From: Podarcis melisellensis
Taxonomy: Eukaryota
Direction: 5' to 3' (one strand)
Length of the DNA: 64,000 bases
Assembly: GCA_964234715.1 (NCBI GenBank)
Contig: OZ174276.1
The notes under the pieces were generated by a model. That model made no database searches, was not told the origin of the DNA, and saw nothing but the letters and a program-made list of their open reading frames with translations. Below are positions 46,817 through 59,640 of the stretch, piece after piece (the first letter of the stretch is position 1; the number at the start of each line of letters is the position of its first letter). The position numbers and the translations under genes were made by a program.

Positions 46817-49800
46817 CTGTGAAGGGAGGAAACAACAGAAACCATATTATAGACCAAAAGAACTTGAAAAGGTAGCTAGCAAAGCTATCTTGTCATCAAC
46901 ATCTTTTAGAGGGAATTTCAGTCAAGAAAATATTTAAACAGAGATTTTCTAAACAAGCAAGTCTGTGGTAGGCAAAAGTGGGTGGAGCAATGGTGGTGAT
47001 TCTTATCTTTATACAGAAGACTAGAATCCAGCCTGGCTCAAATAAGATATTTCTGCTCATAGCCCATGTATAGGATCCACCCCAATTTCTTCATCCACTA
47101 TCTAGGAAAGCAAAAGGCATTATTGCTGTTCAATGATACATTCCAGTCAGGCAAAAGCATTTCAGGAGTATATGGGGCAGGGATGGCAAGAGGGGATAAC
47201 TCAGAGAAGGGAGTATGGGCTGGGGAGAAAGGGTGGTGGTGAAGACTGTATTCAGTCCCTGAGCCAGAAGTTCCCCGTTCCAGTTATAAAAGATGTTGTT
47301 TCAAGGTTTCCCAAGCCTACCACCCATTTTGTGAACATTTATCTATTTACAATATTCATAGTTTGTGGAGACCTCACAAAGTCTGCCTCCATACGGTTGA
47401 CGCAGATAGCAGCTTCTTGCAGAACCATGGCCTGCAAGCTGGAGAACAGGCTTTATCTTCCACCTTCCAGTGCAATTCCTTTTCCTTTCTGTCATCAGCC
47501 TTCATCATGATTTAGCAATACATTTACACCAACAGCAACTAATTTTAAGAATAATGCCAGCTTAAGCAGGGTTTGCAAATGCACTTGAAACAATGGTTAG
47601 CTAGGAAGGAACCCAGGCTAGTATTGGCAGAGATACTATGTTTGAGGCCAACAAAGAAATACAATTTGGAAATTCATACCGGAGGCAGATTTCTGATTTG
47701 GATATCATAGTCTGCAAGGAACCAGCCTTAAAACTGCATTTGGCCTATGTATATGCAACTTTATAAATTGTTCTGAAAAGTCATCACTTGACCAGTGTTT
47801 TCGGCAAGGGGCAGGTTAAGTTTCCAGCAAAATTATGTTACCCACAGCTGTACTTTCATTTGGAAGGTAAACAGTTTTTACATTGTATGATGTTTTTCAT
47901 TATTAAAGTATGCAATTGGTACAGGACAAGATGCACTGTTGAATAACACATGCAAATTTAACTTGAAATATAACTGTGAAAGGTTTCTCTGTTTCAATAA
48001 GCAATAGAGCACTGAGTCACCTAATTTCAGAAAGACTGTCTTGTTGTCAGCATGGAGGTAACACAAACTGCAGTATGCTCTGTGGGGTAGCCTTTGTTCT
48101 CCACTAACAATGGCTCAGGCTTTGCCCATTATTATTATTACTTAGTTATGCCTCCCACTGCATCTCAGCATATTATCTGCTTGCCAGCAAAGGTCATTTA
48201 ATTCATTAAGATCAGTGAACATAAATACCCAGCATTTCATTTTCTATTCCAACAGAGATTACAGATGCAAAGTAATAAGGGGGCCGAACAGCCCCAACCA
48301 AGTGTAGAGGGAATAAATTCGCCAAGCACTGCTGCAGAGCACACTCTCCTGCTTTCAAGAGGGTTTGTGCAGAAACGCAGGCCCCAATGAGGTGAAGAAA
48401 TAATGGAGCAAGTGTTTCTGGGTTTGCTGCCCCCACACAAAGTCAGACACTGCCAGATTCCATGTAATGGTTTTACTTATTCATTCCTGTCCCATCTGTA
48501 AATTCAGAAATCTTTCCCAAGGCAGAGTATGAAGTCATATGAAAGGAAATTAATGACATAATCAAATCATTACCAAATACAACTGATACAATACTGATAC
48601 GAAAAGAGAAGAAAATTAAAAGCAGATAGCCCTCAAACCCCTAAAATTGGCATTCATTAAAATATCATGCTAATAAAACAGTCTTGACCTGCACCTAGAT
48701 CAACAGTGAGCAACTGAGGATATATCAATGCTAGGATGCCATCACTGAAAAGGCCCTGCCTCTAGTCATCAATACCCCAACTTCCAAAGGCAGAGCTGGG
48801 ACCAATAAGAGATGGGTATCGTGGGTACTGATGTACCAGTCCCAGAGCCAGCTCTGAGTTGCCATTAAAAAAATAAAATCTCTAGAAGGAAAATTGTGAA
48901 GGAAAATGTACAAGGATGCTTCTAAGTTATTTCTGTGAGAAGAGCCAGCCTGGTTGCTCCCACCTTTCAATGTTTTTAGCCAATGTTCAACTGAATGAAG
49001 TTCAATTTTTCTGTGGGTGGAGAGGGGGGCAAGTGAAGACAAGAAGAGCTATTTCTGCTCCCACACTTTGTACTATACCCTGCTATAATAAATAAAAGCT
49101 AAAAACATCCATCATGTGAGAATATATTCCTAAAATTTCCATGTAAAATGAAAATACACTGTCTCTTATATTTTGTTAGAGAAACAAAAATATAGCCATG
49201 GAAACAGGAAAAAGGGCCCAAATAATAGTGTGTGTTGCTATTTAAAAATCTCCACACATCATATAAAGATTCAGAACACAGTAGAATATATTGTAGATTT
49301 AGTCTGATTTGATACATCTGGTTTAACATTTAATACACTGCTAAATTCCCCTCTCAAGATCAATTCACCTTTCAAAAGAAAAATAAAAAAACCACTGGAA
49401 AGAAGTACAACTTTAGCACCTTAATGAATTTTTTATTCTTCCAACATGCTGTTGTGAAAAATATTAAATATATGAAAGCTCCTACTGCTTTAATCTTATC
49501 CAGATGAGATTCGTGTAAAAGCTTCCACAGCAGTATCAGAAACTATTAAGTATCAGTTTGATTTACTGACGATAAAGTTCAATCCACTTGTTGAACAGAT
49601 CAACTATTGGAGTTTGCACAGCAGGCAAAACCTCCAAAATGTTTTCCTTTTAATGTAGAGGGCATTTAATGATCTCATAAACAAGTGTCCACTGTACTTT
49701 ATGAAAAGGTTAGCTGAAAAGTAAGCAGCCATTTCTTTAGGCTAAGAGAAATTAGCAAAATGTTCTATCTTTCTACTTTTATGACTTGGACACAATCAAA

Positions 49801-51214
49801 ACAAAAAAGGTAGCTATTTTCCTCCGTACACTCTTAATAATCTAAAAAACCCAAAATACTCCTTCACTCCATTTCACTGCTAGCGACAAAATTAGGCCCC
49901 CTACTACAGTTGAGTCAAATGAAAGCATTGGCTCTTTCGGGTTAGAACAAACAGCTTCTCTACGGAAAACTTCACCAGAGTTTTCACCATTTTTCTAAAC
50001 GCAACAATCTGAAAGTGATTTTATTTTTTTTTAATGAAAGCCCAAATGATTGGAATTTTAATAAACTATTCAATAGGGCCCTGATTAGCCTTACAATTGT
50101 AGGCTAGCAAACTCCTTCAACAGTTTTTACAGAAGGCAGTTAGAATTGTTGTGGGCTACATAGATTTGGAATGTCTCATGTAATGTGTTGTCCACTTCAA
50201 ATTGTTCCATATTGCCTGCTTTGTTTAGCTGCCCACCTGCAAGGAATGGTCACACCCCCTATTACTGAAATAATGGTGCCAACTATAGAGGCATGCACAT
50301 GTGAAAGAGATAGAAGGACAACAGAATCCAAACTAAAGCCTATTTTTCATGATTTATAGGGTCTCTTGGACATCTTAAAAACTTGGATTACCAGGGAGGC
50401 TGCAGATCTTCTAGCTGACTCAGATGAGAGCCAGATTTTCATTGCTTTCAGCACATTTTCTCCTTGATACTTTGGCCACTGAAAGACTAGATTTTCCCAA
50501 CAAATTACCTACAAGAAGGAAATCTTAAATTCTGTGCTACAAAATCTACATCTACAAGGCTATGACCAGAAAAATTACAACCATGTGCTTAACTATTATT
50601 CTCATTGGCTAAAATAAGTGTTCTAGGACACAAAGGGGTGGGATCTACAAAATTTCATATGCAGAATTGTACTCATGGAATGCTCACACTGACAGAAGGA
50701 GGGAAGATTATTTTTGCTGATTTCCCTCTTACTCCTCCTAATGTATAGCAGATGGTTGGGGGACCCTCTCTAATTACATGGGAGGAGGTGCAGGGACTTG
50801 TAGGGATAAACAGGCAAATCGTGTCTTGCTCCATTCCCTTGTAAGTCTCCACTAGGTCAAAGGCTCTTCCATAGGCAGAAGGAACCCTTTCGTTTAGATA
50901 ACGGTCTACCAATTTCCAAGCTATGAGTGTGCTTAATGGCACAATGCTAAGTGAAGAAATCACAGCCTGATTCACGATGGTACCCGTTCCTTTTTTAGAC
51001 GCTTAAACCACATGGGGAAGCCAGCCCATATGTTTTCAGGTTATTCTTCTATAGCTATAAGGACTATAATGCTTAAAAGATGAAAACCAACATTTTCAGG
51101 ATTTCAAACTTATCCCACAATTACAGGAAAGAAACTGGCAAAAGCTAAAAAGAGGTTATGAAAAGGACAATCAATACAGCAACAATGTAAAACAATGTAA
51201 AAATAAGTAAGTAC

Positions 51215-51392
51215 CTGCATCTTTCTGGAGAATCCTCTCTGTCTTTCCTCCGGAACTTGCTGATGGTGTCATCAATTGTGCTCCCGATTTTATCACTCAG
51301 CTCGCCTAACTTATCACTGAATGGAAATCCACCTTTGTTTTTATCCCATTCTTCATCCCACTTGGACTTCGGCTCAGTATCATATCTTTCAT
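51215..51392 (-). CDS. CLINT1: CLINT1 exon 6
   Basis: tttAG acceptor, GTACTT donor. 178 nt: ERYDTEPKSKWDEEWDKNKGGFPFSDKLGELSDKIGSTIDDTISKFRRKDREDSPERC. Confidence 0.96.
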
Positions 51393-52139
51393 CTAAATAA
51401 TATAGGTAGATAGTAAATTTTTTAAAAAGGGTGAGGGGAGATTTAACCAAAAATGCCACTAATTCTTGTCAACAGACCTTTAACAGTTTTCAAAGCAAAC
51501 AGAAACTTTCATGCAGCAATATTATTACCAAGAGAAAGCACGTTATGCCAACAGTTAATTGGCCCAAAATACATTCAAAAGATGTTGACGAATTGTAAGG
51601 CAAGGCATCGAACTTCAGAATAAGACCAGACATTGTAAGAGCAGGCTAAAAGGCTTCCCTCACCTAAAGAAATGAACCCTGGCTTTATGAGCAACTTGTG
51701 AGAAATGAACCTGATTTGTTTTCTAGCCAGGCTGCCATAGAAAACTGGAAACCTTTCAGAGTCTGTATATGTTTCAAAACCTCATGAATACAGAAGGTTG
51801 TACCAAACCCTGAAAGACAAGTGTGAAAACAGCTGGCAATATGTCTAGCCTCAATCACCAATTTTAAAGGCTCTTTAAATCTATTAAGGAAAACGCAGCA
51901 TCTTATCCCCTTATGCGTTACTAGGGACTCTTTAATTTCTCAACATTGTATCGCGCCCCAAAAATTGCCACCTAAACAAAATTTGCTTCACAATGCCAAG
52001 AACCAAGTACTACCAACTAGCTGCTAACTAAGAGTATGAGACGGCAGCATTGCTCAATTGTCTTTAAACAGTGTCTCAATTGGTGCAGCAATAAAACTGC
52101 TAGCACATTTGCAAAACTTAGCATGATTCCTGCACCACA

Positions 52140-52200
52140 GAGAGCTGGACTAGATGACCCTCGGGACCCTTTCCAACTCTAAAATTCTATGATTCTATGA
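52140..52200 (+). mobile_element. CR1-type 3' tail fragment
   Basis: ctggactagatgaccctcgggaccctttccaactct...(ATTCTATG)2. Confidence 0.75.
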
Positions 52201-52406
52201 ATTCCATAACAAATTTTAATCTTCCATTTATCTTCTGTGTGCAAATTTTATTAAAAAGTACCATAAGAGCTAATATATTGAAGCTTTAAAACTATCTCAT
52301 TACAAAACCTCCAGCATTAATCGAATTCCTAAATAAAACTGAGGCTTAGCTTACCAAATATTCTAAAGGAATATTACAGACATGTAAATAAAGATTGGGC
52401 ATCTTA

Positions 52407-52549
52407 GTGAGAAAGCTCAGTCGGTAGAGCATGAGACTCTTAACCTTAGGGCTGTGTGTTTGAACCCCACACTGGACAAAAAAGATTCCTGCATTGCAGA
52501 GGTTGGACTAGATGACTCTTGCGGACCTTTCCAAATCTATGATTCTATG
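52407..52549 (+). mobile_element. tRNA-Lys(CTT)-derived SINE with CR1 tail
   Basis: AGCTCAGTCGGTAGAGCATGAGACTCTTAA matches the tRNA-Lys D arm and anticodon arm, fused to gattcctgcattgcag..ggttggactagatgac..ctatgattctatg. Confidence 0.85.
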
Positions 52550-52849
52550 TTTCACCTTCTGTGTTAATGCTCCCATTATCTGAGCCATGGTATATCATGG
52601 TGATTCATGATATACACCTACCTAACTTCTTAGGGGGACTATCCTGCAAACAGTGACCCACTCAAATCAGGAGTATCATACTCCTAACCGTGATGGTGCA
52701 TATAGTGAGTTCACCCTGATAACACATATGCAAACCCCACTCTAGTTTATATACATAAGCAAGACACAACCCAGCTGCTTCAAAGCACATTAGGAATCCC
52801 AGGTGCAAGGCTAAGCCATTCACATAAGTGGGAAACCTCTTTACGCATG

Positions 52850-52950
52850 GAAGAATATAAGGAGCAAGCCAGTGGCCCATCTAGTCTGCCATCCTCTTCT
52901 CGCAGTGGCCAACCAGATGCCCAAGGAAAGCCCAATAGCAGGACATCCCC
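52850..52950 (-). mobile_element. CR1-family 3' end fragment
   Basis: gccagtggcccatctagtc..catcctcttctcgcagtggccaaccagatgcc resembles a squamate CR1 3'UTR (recalled). Confidence 0.55.
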
Positions 52951-53169
52951 AAGCTATGTTCCCTTTATAGAAGAAGGATACTATGCATGTACGAAAAAGA
53001 GGGATGCTTCTGGGAAGGCACATCAAGTCTCAGTTCCCCTCTGGGGAAGGTACGCCTGACATTGTATTCTTTATAGTTCCAGTTTAAGATGTTTTATTTG
53101 CCCAGCTGTTTGAAATTATTGTATTTTCAACTAGCTGAACAGCCTTGCTCTGCTCAAATTTATCCCAGG

Positions 53170-53520
53170 TGCAAGGCCTTGGTCCTGTCTACCTGAAGGA
53201 GTGTCTCCATCCCATCATCCAGCCCAGACACTGAGGTCCAGCGCTGAGGACCTTCTGGCAGTTCCCTCACTGTGAGAAGTGAGGTCACAGGGAAACAGGC
53301 AGAGGGCCTTCTCGGTAGTGGCGCCTGCCCTGTGGAACGCCCTCCCAGCAGATGTCAAGGCAATAAACAACTATTTTACTTTTAAAAGACAACTGAGGGC
53401 GGCCCAGTTTAGGGAAGTTTTTAAAGTCTGACGCTGTATTGTTTTTAATATTCCGTTGGAAGCCACCCAGAGTGGGGTATAAATAATAAATTATTATTAT
53501 TAATTATTATTGTTATTGTT
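53170..53520 (+). mobile_element. L2 LINE 3' end
   Basis: Encodes QRAFSVVAPALWNALP and ends in an (ATT)n tail. Confidence 0.85.
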
Positions 53521-54575
53521 TGGGTTTCCTGTTGTTTAAACGTTCCATTGTAGATTTTAAATTTCTATGCATTTCTATGGTATTTCTTGGTAGTTGGGCC
53601 TGTATTTACATTTCTATGCATTCCCCCCCACTGTACCATGGCATCAGAGTCTTATAGAGAAATGGATTGCAATAAGGGTTGCATAACCCAGAATATGCAT
53701 AAGCAAGCTTCTATAGTTCAGCTACCTTGAAAGGACCAAGTTGTTCTGTAAGAGATGGAGTTCACTGCAGGGAGTAGATCCCCACAACTTCTGGCTAGCA
53801 GACAGACACCTGTAACTCAAATACTCTACAACACACTGGACACCCCCCCCCCCACTTGCTGGCCTATTCAAATATCATATATTGGGTTTTTACAAGATAA
53901 GGAAGGATTCCAATGGGTTCTTCTTCCCACAGCCAAAGGCCAAAGACTTTCAACATAATCTGTCACTCTTGTTCATTGTGGTTGGAGCATGAGCTTTTTG
54001 GGGATGGGAGTGGCCCACACAGAGGCAGCTCCCATGCTGCAATGGTAAATATAAGAATCAGGCCTCAGGGGAAACTAGTTCAAAAGTGTTGCCTTAGAAT
54101 GTTAGACGAAGATTATCTGCAGTTTCGAGATCAATATTGTTCCACACACAATGCTGAATAATTCTAGACCTTTTTACACTCCCCCCCCCCCACTTTGCCC
54201 TGAAAAAAGTATTCCCCCTGGTGCAACCCCATGTGCTACAAAGTATTGTGTATGTGCATATGTGTCACAACAACAAATAGGAAAGATCCACATGGCCAGC
54301 TTGCCTATGTAATTGTCTTATTCGCAGAGACATCTGAGCCACATAGGAGAGCATAATGGAGAAGTGGTCCCTTGAGTAGAGTGGGGTGGGAGAAGACAGC
54401 TTTGTTTGCAGTCCAAAACACTTGACAGCAGTAGCAACTGTTAGGAGAGTCCAAAACTAATCACTGTTTGGATACAAACAATCTGCGTTGCCAGAGAATC
54501 CAATAAGCTTATCCTTATCTAGCCAACTGTAGGGATTTTGAAAGGAATCTTAATGCAAACTTCTTCCAGTACATA

Positions 54576-54800
54576 CTGTATTTTTCTGTGTATAAGACGA
54601 TTTTTTTCTTCCATTTTTTGACTCAAACATGGGGGGGTCGTCTCATATACGGTTTTTGGCAGGGCGATCAACAACCTTGAGTGCTATTGCCCCCCAAAAG
54701 CTGAACAACTTTGGCAACCTAAAAATATTGATTTAATATTGGGTTCAAAAAAATTGGGGTCGTCTTATACATAGGGGTGACTTGTACACGGAAAAATAGG
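54576..54800. mobile_element. Tc1/mariner-type MITE
   Basis: Imperfect TIRs CTGTATTTTTCTGTGTATAAG...CTTGTACACGGAAAAATAGG with TA flanks and repeated GGGGTCGTCT. Confidence 0.8.
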
Positions 54801-55326
54801 TACCTCTATGTTATGAACTAAGGTTACTTCTCTCTGTGTGTGATTTTTTTACTTCCCTCCTCACTGAAAAAGCTTTCAGAGCAATAAAAGCAAGACAGCC
54901 CCTGCCCTTGGGCTGATAATCCAAAAAGACCCAACACAAAAAGAATCAGATTGGGGGAGAAAAGGAAAAACATAAACTCTGGCACTGCTTCTTAACGTTA
55001 CAAAGTTCCAATAAGGACCCGTTTTGGTGGAAACAGTTCATAGAGAGGAGCTGGAAGGAGCTAGTCTCTCAGCAAAGCTGATAGGGCAGTCCTGCTTCCC
55101 CTTTTCTCCATCTTCTACAATCTGAAGGAAAGGCTGTTAATTTAATTTGTTAATCTCCCCTCGCTGTTCAGTCATATGAAGGTCTACTTCCTTCAGATAG
55201 TGACACCTATATAGATTGGTGATGGCACTCAGATATTTTTTAAAGAACATATATTTATTATAGCATATCCACAAAACCAAGCTAACCCTGCAATATGCCA
55301 ACTACTGATTACAGTGCTGTACTCAC

Positions 55327-55491
55327 TGTATCTGAATCCTCCAACACTGTCTGAAGAAACCCCAATGTATTTATCTTTGTTTTTCTTTGCCTTTTTCCTC
55401 TCTTCACGAAGTCTATCATCGTCCTGGGCAAATTCTACCATTTCTTTCACCTTCTGACGTATATTTATACCTTGGTCTTTGCCATTCTCAT
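55327..55491 (-). CDS. CLINT1: CLINT1 exon 5, end of ENTH domain
   Basis: tacAG acceptor, GTGAGT donor. 165 nt: ENGKDQGINIRQKVKEMVEFAQDDDRLREERKKAKKNKDKYIGVSSDSVGGFRY. Confidence 0.97.
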
Positions 55492-56371
55492 CTGTATGAG
55501 CATATATAAAAAAGAAGCAATTTAGTAGAAGCAGTTAACCTCAAGCATTAAGTACCCTGGAAAAAAAAAGATATAAAAAGAACACAAAATATTTTAAGGT
55601 TATGGTATTCCAAAGCAATTCTTTGTAATGAGTGAACAGCACAGTTTTTTTATAACCAAAATTTCATCTTAATCTAAGGGGTAGCATTTGAATACAATGT
55701 CAACTGAGAAAGCTTCTTAAATGCTGCTGATCTACTAAAAATATTAGTTAAAAAAAGATTCAAAAACAGAAACACATTTTCTGCCAATTTTAACCCATTT
55801 AAAGCAACCTCCTCTCTCAACCTTTTTGGGAAGGCAGTTTTTCTTCAAAATACTAATTGCTATATTTCTGTCTTGCTTCAAAACTGTATTTTAAAAATGC
55901 TGTCAGCCCGAGTGCACTACAAACTAAAATTTGCTTCACTTCTCTAAGCCTCTTTCTTATTCAGAACACACACTGGCCTTGCTGCCTTTCCACTGTAAAT
56001 ATTATTTGGTGGGAGGGGAAAAACCCCCAGCTTCAAACAGATGTGTATGTTTTGGAGCTCTAACCTTTTCTTCCCATATGATTAAAGCTATTCCTTTACA
56101 CACACCACAGGGGACCAGTCTCTAGTGCATATTTTAATATAAACCCGAACACTCATGTTGTGTTGGTTCTGTTGTTATTAGCCAGTCTTTTCTGCAAGTT
56201 CTTGTCTTCACTAATTAATACTCTAGGGTCCCACGTCTTGAATTCTGCACTCTTCACACAACCGGCAACAGTCACATTCTAATTAGAGCGGGGAAGCTTC
56301 TAAGCTGGTTCAGGTGACTGACAACTCCAACTACTGTTTTAATTTGCTTATAAGATTTTTCTATCGCTCAC

Positions 56372-56480
56372 CTACAAAGTGGTAATTTTCCAGGGATCGC
56401 AAATCATAAATGTGTTCTCTGGCACTTGTAACAACACGCTCTGATCCATTCCTTATGAGGTAAGATAGGAGCAGCAGAGA
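56372..56480 (-). CDS. CLINT1: CLINT1 exon 4, ENTH domain
   Basis: tatAG acceptor, GTGAGC donor. 109 nt: SLLLLSYLIRNGSERVVTSAREHIYDLRSLENYHFV. Confidence 0.97.
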
Positions 56481-58024
56481 CTATAAAAATACAAAGCACC
56501 TTATTATTGCATGAACAAAAGCCATCAGTATTTTTAACTGCAATAAAAAGAAAAGCCTAAATGCACAAAAATTAGTAAACAAAAGCAGGATTTGTTCCCA
56601 TTTAAATAAGCCACCTTGAAGATTGTTGCTCCTTAAAGCAACAACCACTCATAATACAGAGTACAAATTTAAAACTGCATTTACTCACTAAGACAAAAAA
56701 TGTAGAACATTAAATCATAAGTTATTTGCCTGAAGAATGTTCTCCAGGAGGGGGAAATTATGGTTAAGGCAATTTAAGACGAAGAAGGAGGAAAGAAAAA
56801 AAAACACCCTGAACTCTACAGAATGAAACAATTTTCTTTTGTGTGTCTCTTTTTTTGCAATTGCCTTATTCCCATGTGTTTTTCCATTTAAAAGCATTTT
56901 TATGGCAATTTATCTTCGTAGCTTTCTGCAGGAAATGTGTTGATGTATGAAACTCACTATTTTCAGGTAAATTTAAACAAACTTCAAAACAAATATAAAG
57001 TTGAAAAGTATTTTAATTTTGTGAACTTCCTGCAATTTCCAGGCTTTCCCTTGATTTTGAAATCATACATAAATAAGTCATTTGGATGCCAATACAGTAG
57101 ATGCATGTTTATAAATGGCAATGATCTGAAACTAGCAGATAAATTTCAAGTATCCTTAAGAATGTTAAATTCCTATGTATGAAATTCCTATGTATAAAAA
57201 ATTAATTTATATTATGCTGCAGGGAAAACAATTACTATAGTAAAACCTGGGGGGGGGGAGAGATAACCTTGCCTGAGAATTAAATACAGTATGTTCAGTG
57301 TACAATATTTTATGTCTTAAGGCCCTTTTCAATGCTATAGGAAACAGAAAAAAATGTATTGTGATGCATATGCTGAATTTAATTGCAAATACAGCTGAAA
57401 GAACACAAGGGAACAAATACTTTATGGTGAACAAGTAACTGGCTTTCTCTTCAGTTAGTTACGAGATAAAATGTAATTAGCAAAGTTGTGCATTGGGGGG
57501 AGTCCAGTACAATGTGTGAAATGTATTGATGATAAGTGTATGTGTTCATTTCCAGATTGCTTCAAATGTAAATTGAGTTGCAAAAGAGACATTCAGAACA
57601 AATATCAAAATGAGGGTCTCACTAGTAGGCCAGCAAAAGGGTTATTTCCCTGTTTTAAAAGATCAAATTACAGACAATCCTCTACTCAGTATTTAAAACA
57701 GTAATAAAAATAAAAATTGCTAGAAGGCATTCATTAAAGAGTCTTTGTAGAGAAAAACCAAGAGAAAATCCTTATTTTTCAACAGAGACTTCTCTAAAAA
57801 CATACACAGGAAAAATCAACTTGATTAAAATCAAGCTTGTACTAACTGCACACAAAGGATCCGGAAACCTGTGAAATTTAGCATGGATATTATGTTAATG
57901 ATAGCACAAAACTGAGTTAATTACAATAGGGCACTGTTGTAAAATTAAAACATTCAGTAAGTGCCATATTTAGAACAAAATTAAACCTTGAAGAAGCTCA
58001 TAAAAAGTAAATTTATATACATAC

Positions 58025-58121
58025 TTTATAAACTCTCCGCCAGTTCTTTTTGTTGTCTTTCAGCATCCGTGTCCAAAGCATGTTCATAAGTTCTGGAAAC
58101 TGTTCATACATAAAGGTTGCC
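58025..58121 (-). CDS. CLINT1: CLINT1 exon 3, ENTH domain
   Basis: ttttAG acceptor, GTATGT donor. 97 nt: ATFMYEQFPELMNMLWTRMLKDNKKNWRRVYK. Confidence 0.97.
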
Positions 58122-58191
58122 CTAAAAACAAAAGAAAGGCAAAAGAAGGAATTAGCTGTTTTCAGGAAAGGTCTGCTAGGACCTGCATTTG

Positions 58192-58205
58192 ACAGCAGGT
58201 GGCAG
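58192..58205 (+). promoter_or_regulatory. Candidate CTCF site in CLINT1 intron 2
   Basis: ACAGCAGGTGGCAG core with CTGCA just upstream. Confidence 0.45.
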
Positions 58206-58678
58206 ACTTGCTCTAAATTAGAGCTTCAATCCCAAATACAGAGCTACTGACATTTGTACAGAAGTATTTCATATACAGAATTACTCACTAGATTAGCAAT
58301 GCTGATAAGTTCTCCCCCCCTCCCCAACAACGGAAATAATGAAGAACTAGAAGTTCCTCGTTATCTTAGCCCATCATGCCATTCATTTGCCCTTCTTGAG
58401 AAAGCATTTACGAAGGACCACCAACTTCCTAATTTTGTATTTCTGAAAAATGCTTTGCTAGACCCCTACCCGAAGGAAATCGTATCTCCTACAAGTAACA
58501 ATGCTTCATGAAAATAGGTTTTAATAAACAGTTGCTTGTGGCCATCATTCGAAGTACCATTAATACTGATCTCTCCATCTCATTTATTCTTCAGAAGTGG
58601 TGAAGCAGGAACAATTCTTACATGTATTTCTGCATAAAGATGTACCTTCCTTCACTGCTGAGTCAAATTATCACTTAC

Positions 58679-58783
58679 TTGGCAATCTCTCCCATGAGTT
58701 GCCCTGAAGGTCCCCACGGATCATCGTTGGTTGCTTCTCGAACCTTAGACTCGATTTCTGAATAATTCATGACCACATTGGTG
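58679..58783 (-). CDS. CLINT1: CLINT1 (epsinR) exon 2, ENTH domain
   Basis: ttttgcAG acceptor, GTAAGT donor. 105 nt: TNVVMNYSEIESKVREATNDDPWGPSGQLMGEIAK. Confidence 0.97.
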
Positions 58784-59388
58784 CTGCAAAAACAGAATTA
58801 AACACATGCATAAAGATTAGCATCAAAACTGAGAAACACATGAAAACTTAATAATGACACTAGCGGGTACCTTAATGAGATACCTCTACAGGGTGGGAAA
58901 GAAAACATCTTTAGTGGAGAAGCTACCCTGAGGACACTGCAACACATTTAACTATCTTTAAGAAGGTTTTACTATTCCATTAGCCTTCCAGAATATAGCT
59001 TAGAGACTAAGGACTGCATTAGACTTGGAACCATTCCAATAAAATATGGCTTATGGACAAATTAAAAGTAAACCGAACCACTGAAGACTGGCCATTGTTA
59101 CTTTGCTTGTACACATAAACACATGCACGCTACAGCTATTTGCCACACACCTAGAACTGAATCAAATGAAACAACCCTATGATGAAAACGAAACAATAGG
59201 TCTTATTGTAGCAGTTGCCAACAAAATTAAAAGAACTGAAGTAGAGGCACCAAGTATCACAGCCTGAAAAAGGTGGGACAACTGGGGCAAAATCCGTACA
59301 AACTCCAGTATTTACCTAAACACAGTCTTAAATACCATCTTCAAGGATTAATAAATGAATGCAGGAACCAAAAATTAAAGGTTTAGTA

Positions 59389-59640
59389 TAGGGGTCAGCA
59401 AACTTTTTCAGCAGGGGGCCGGTCCACTGTCCCTCAGACCTTGTAGGGGGCCGGACTATATTTTGGAAAAAAATGTATGAATGAATTCCTATGCCCCACA
59501 AATAGCCCAGAGATGCATTTTAAATAAAAGGACACATTCTACTCATGTAAAAACACGCTGATTCCCGGACCACCCGCGGGCCAGATTGAGAAGGCGATTG
59601 GGCCGGATCCGGTCCCCGGGCCTTAATTTTCCTACCCATG
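59389..59640. mobile_element. hAT MITE, 252 bp
   Basis: Termini TAGGGGTCAGCAAA...TTTCCTACCCATG with perfect 8-bp TSD GTTTAGTA (59381-59388 and 59641-59648). Confidence 0.9.

Noticed and set aside
52407-52480. Functional tRNA-Lys gene
   Set aside because: Acceptor stem and T arm are degenerate and it is fused to a CR1 tail, so it is a SINE head.
52590-52615. 10-bp perfect hairpin GTATATCATG-N6-CATGATATAC
   Set aside because: Short and AT-rich, expected by chance in 64 kb, with no supporting context.
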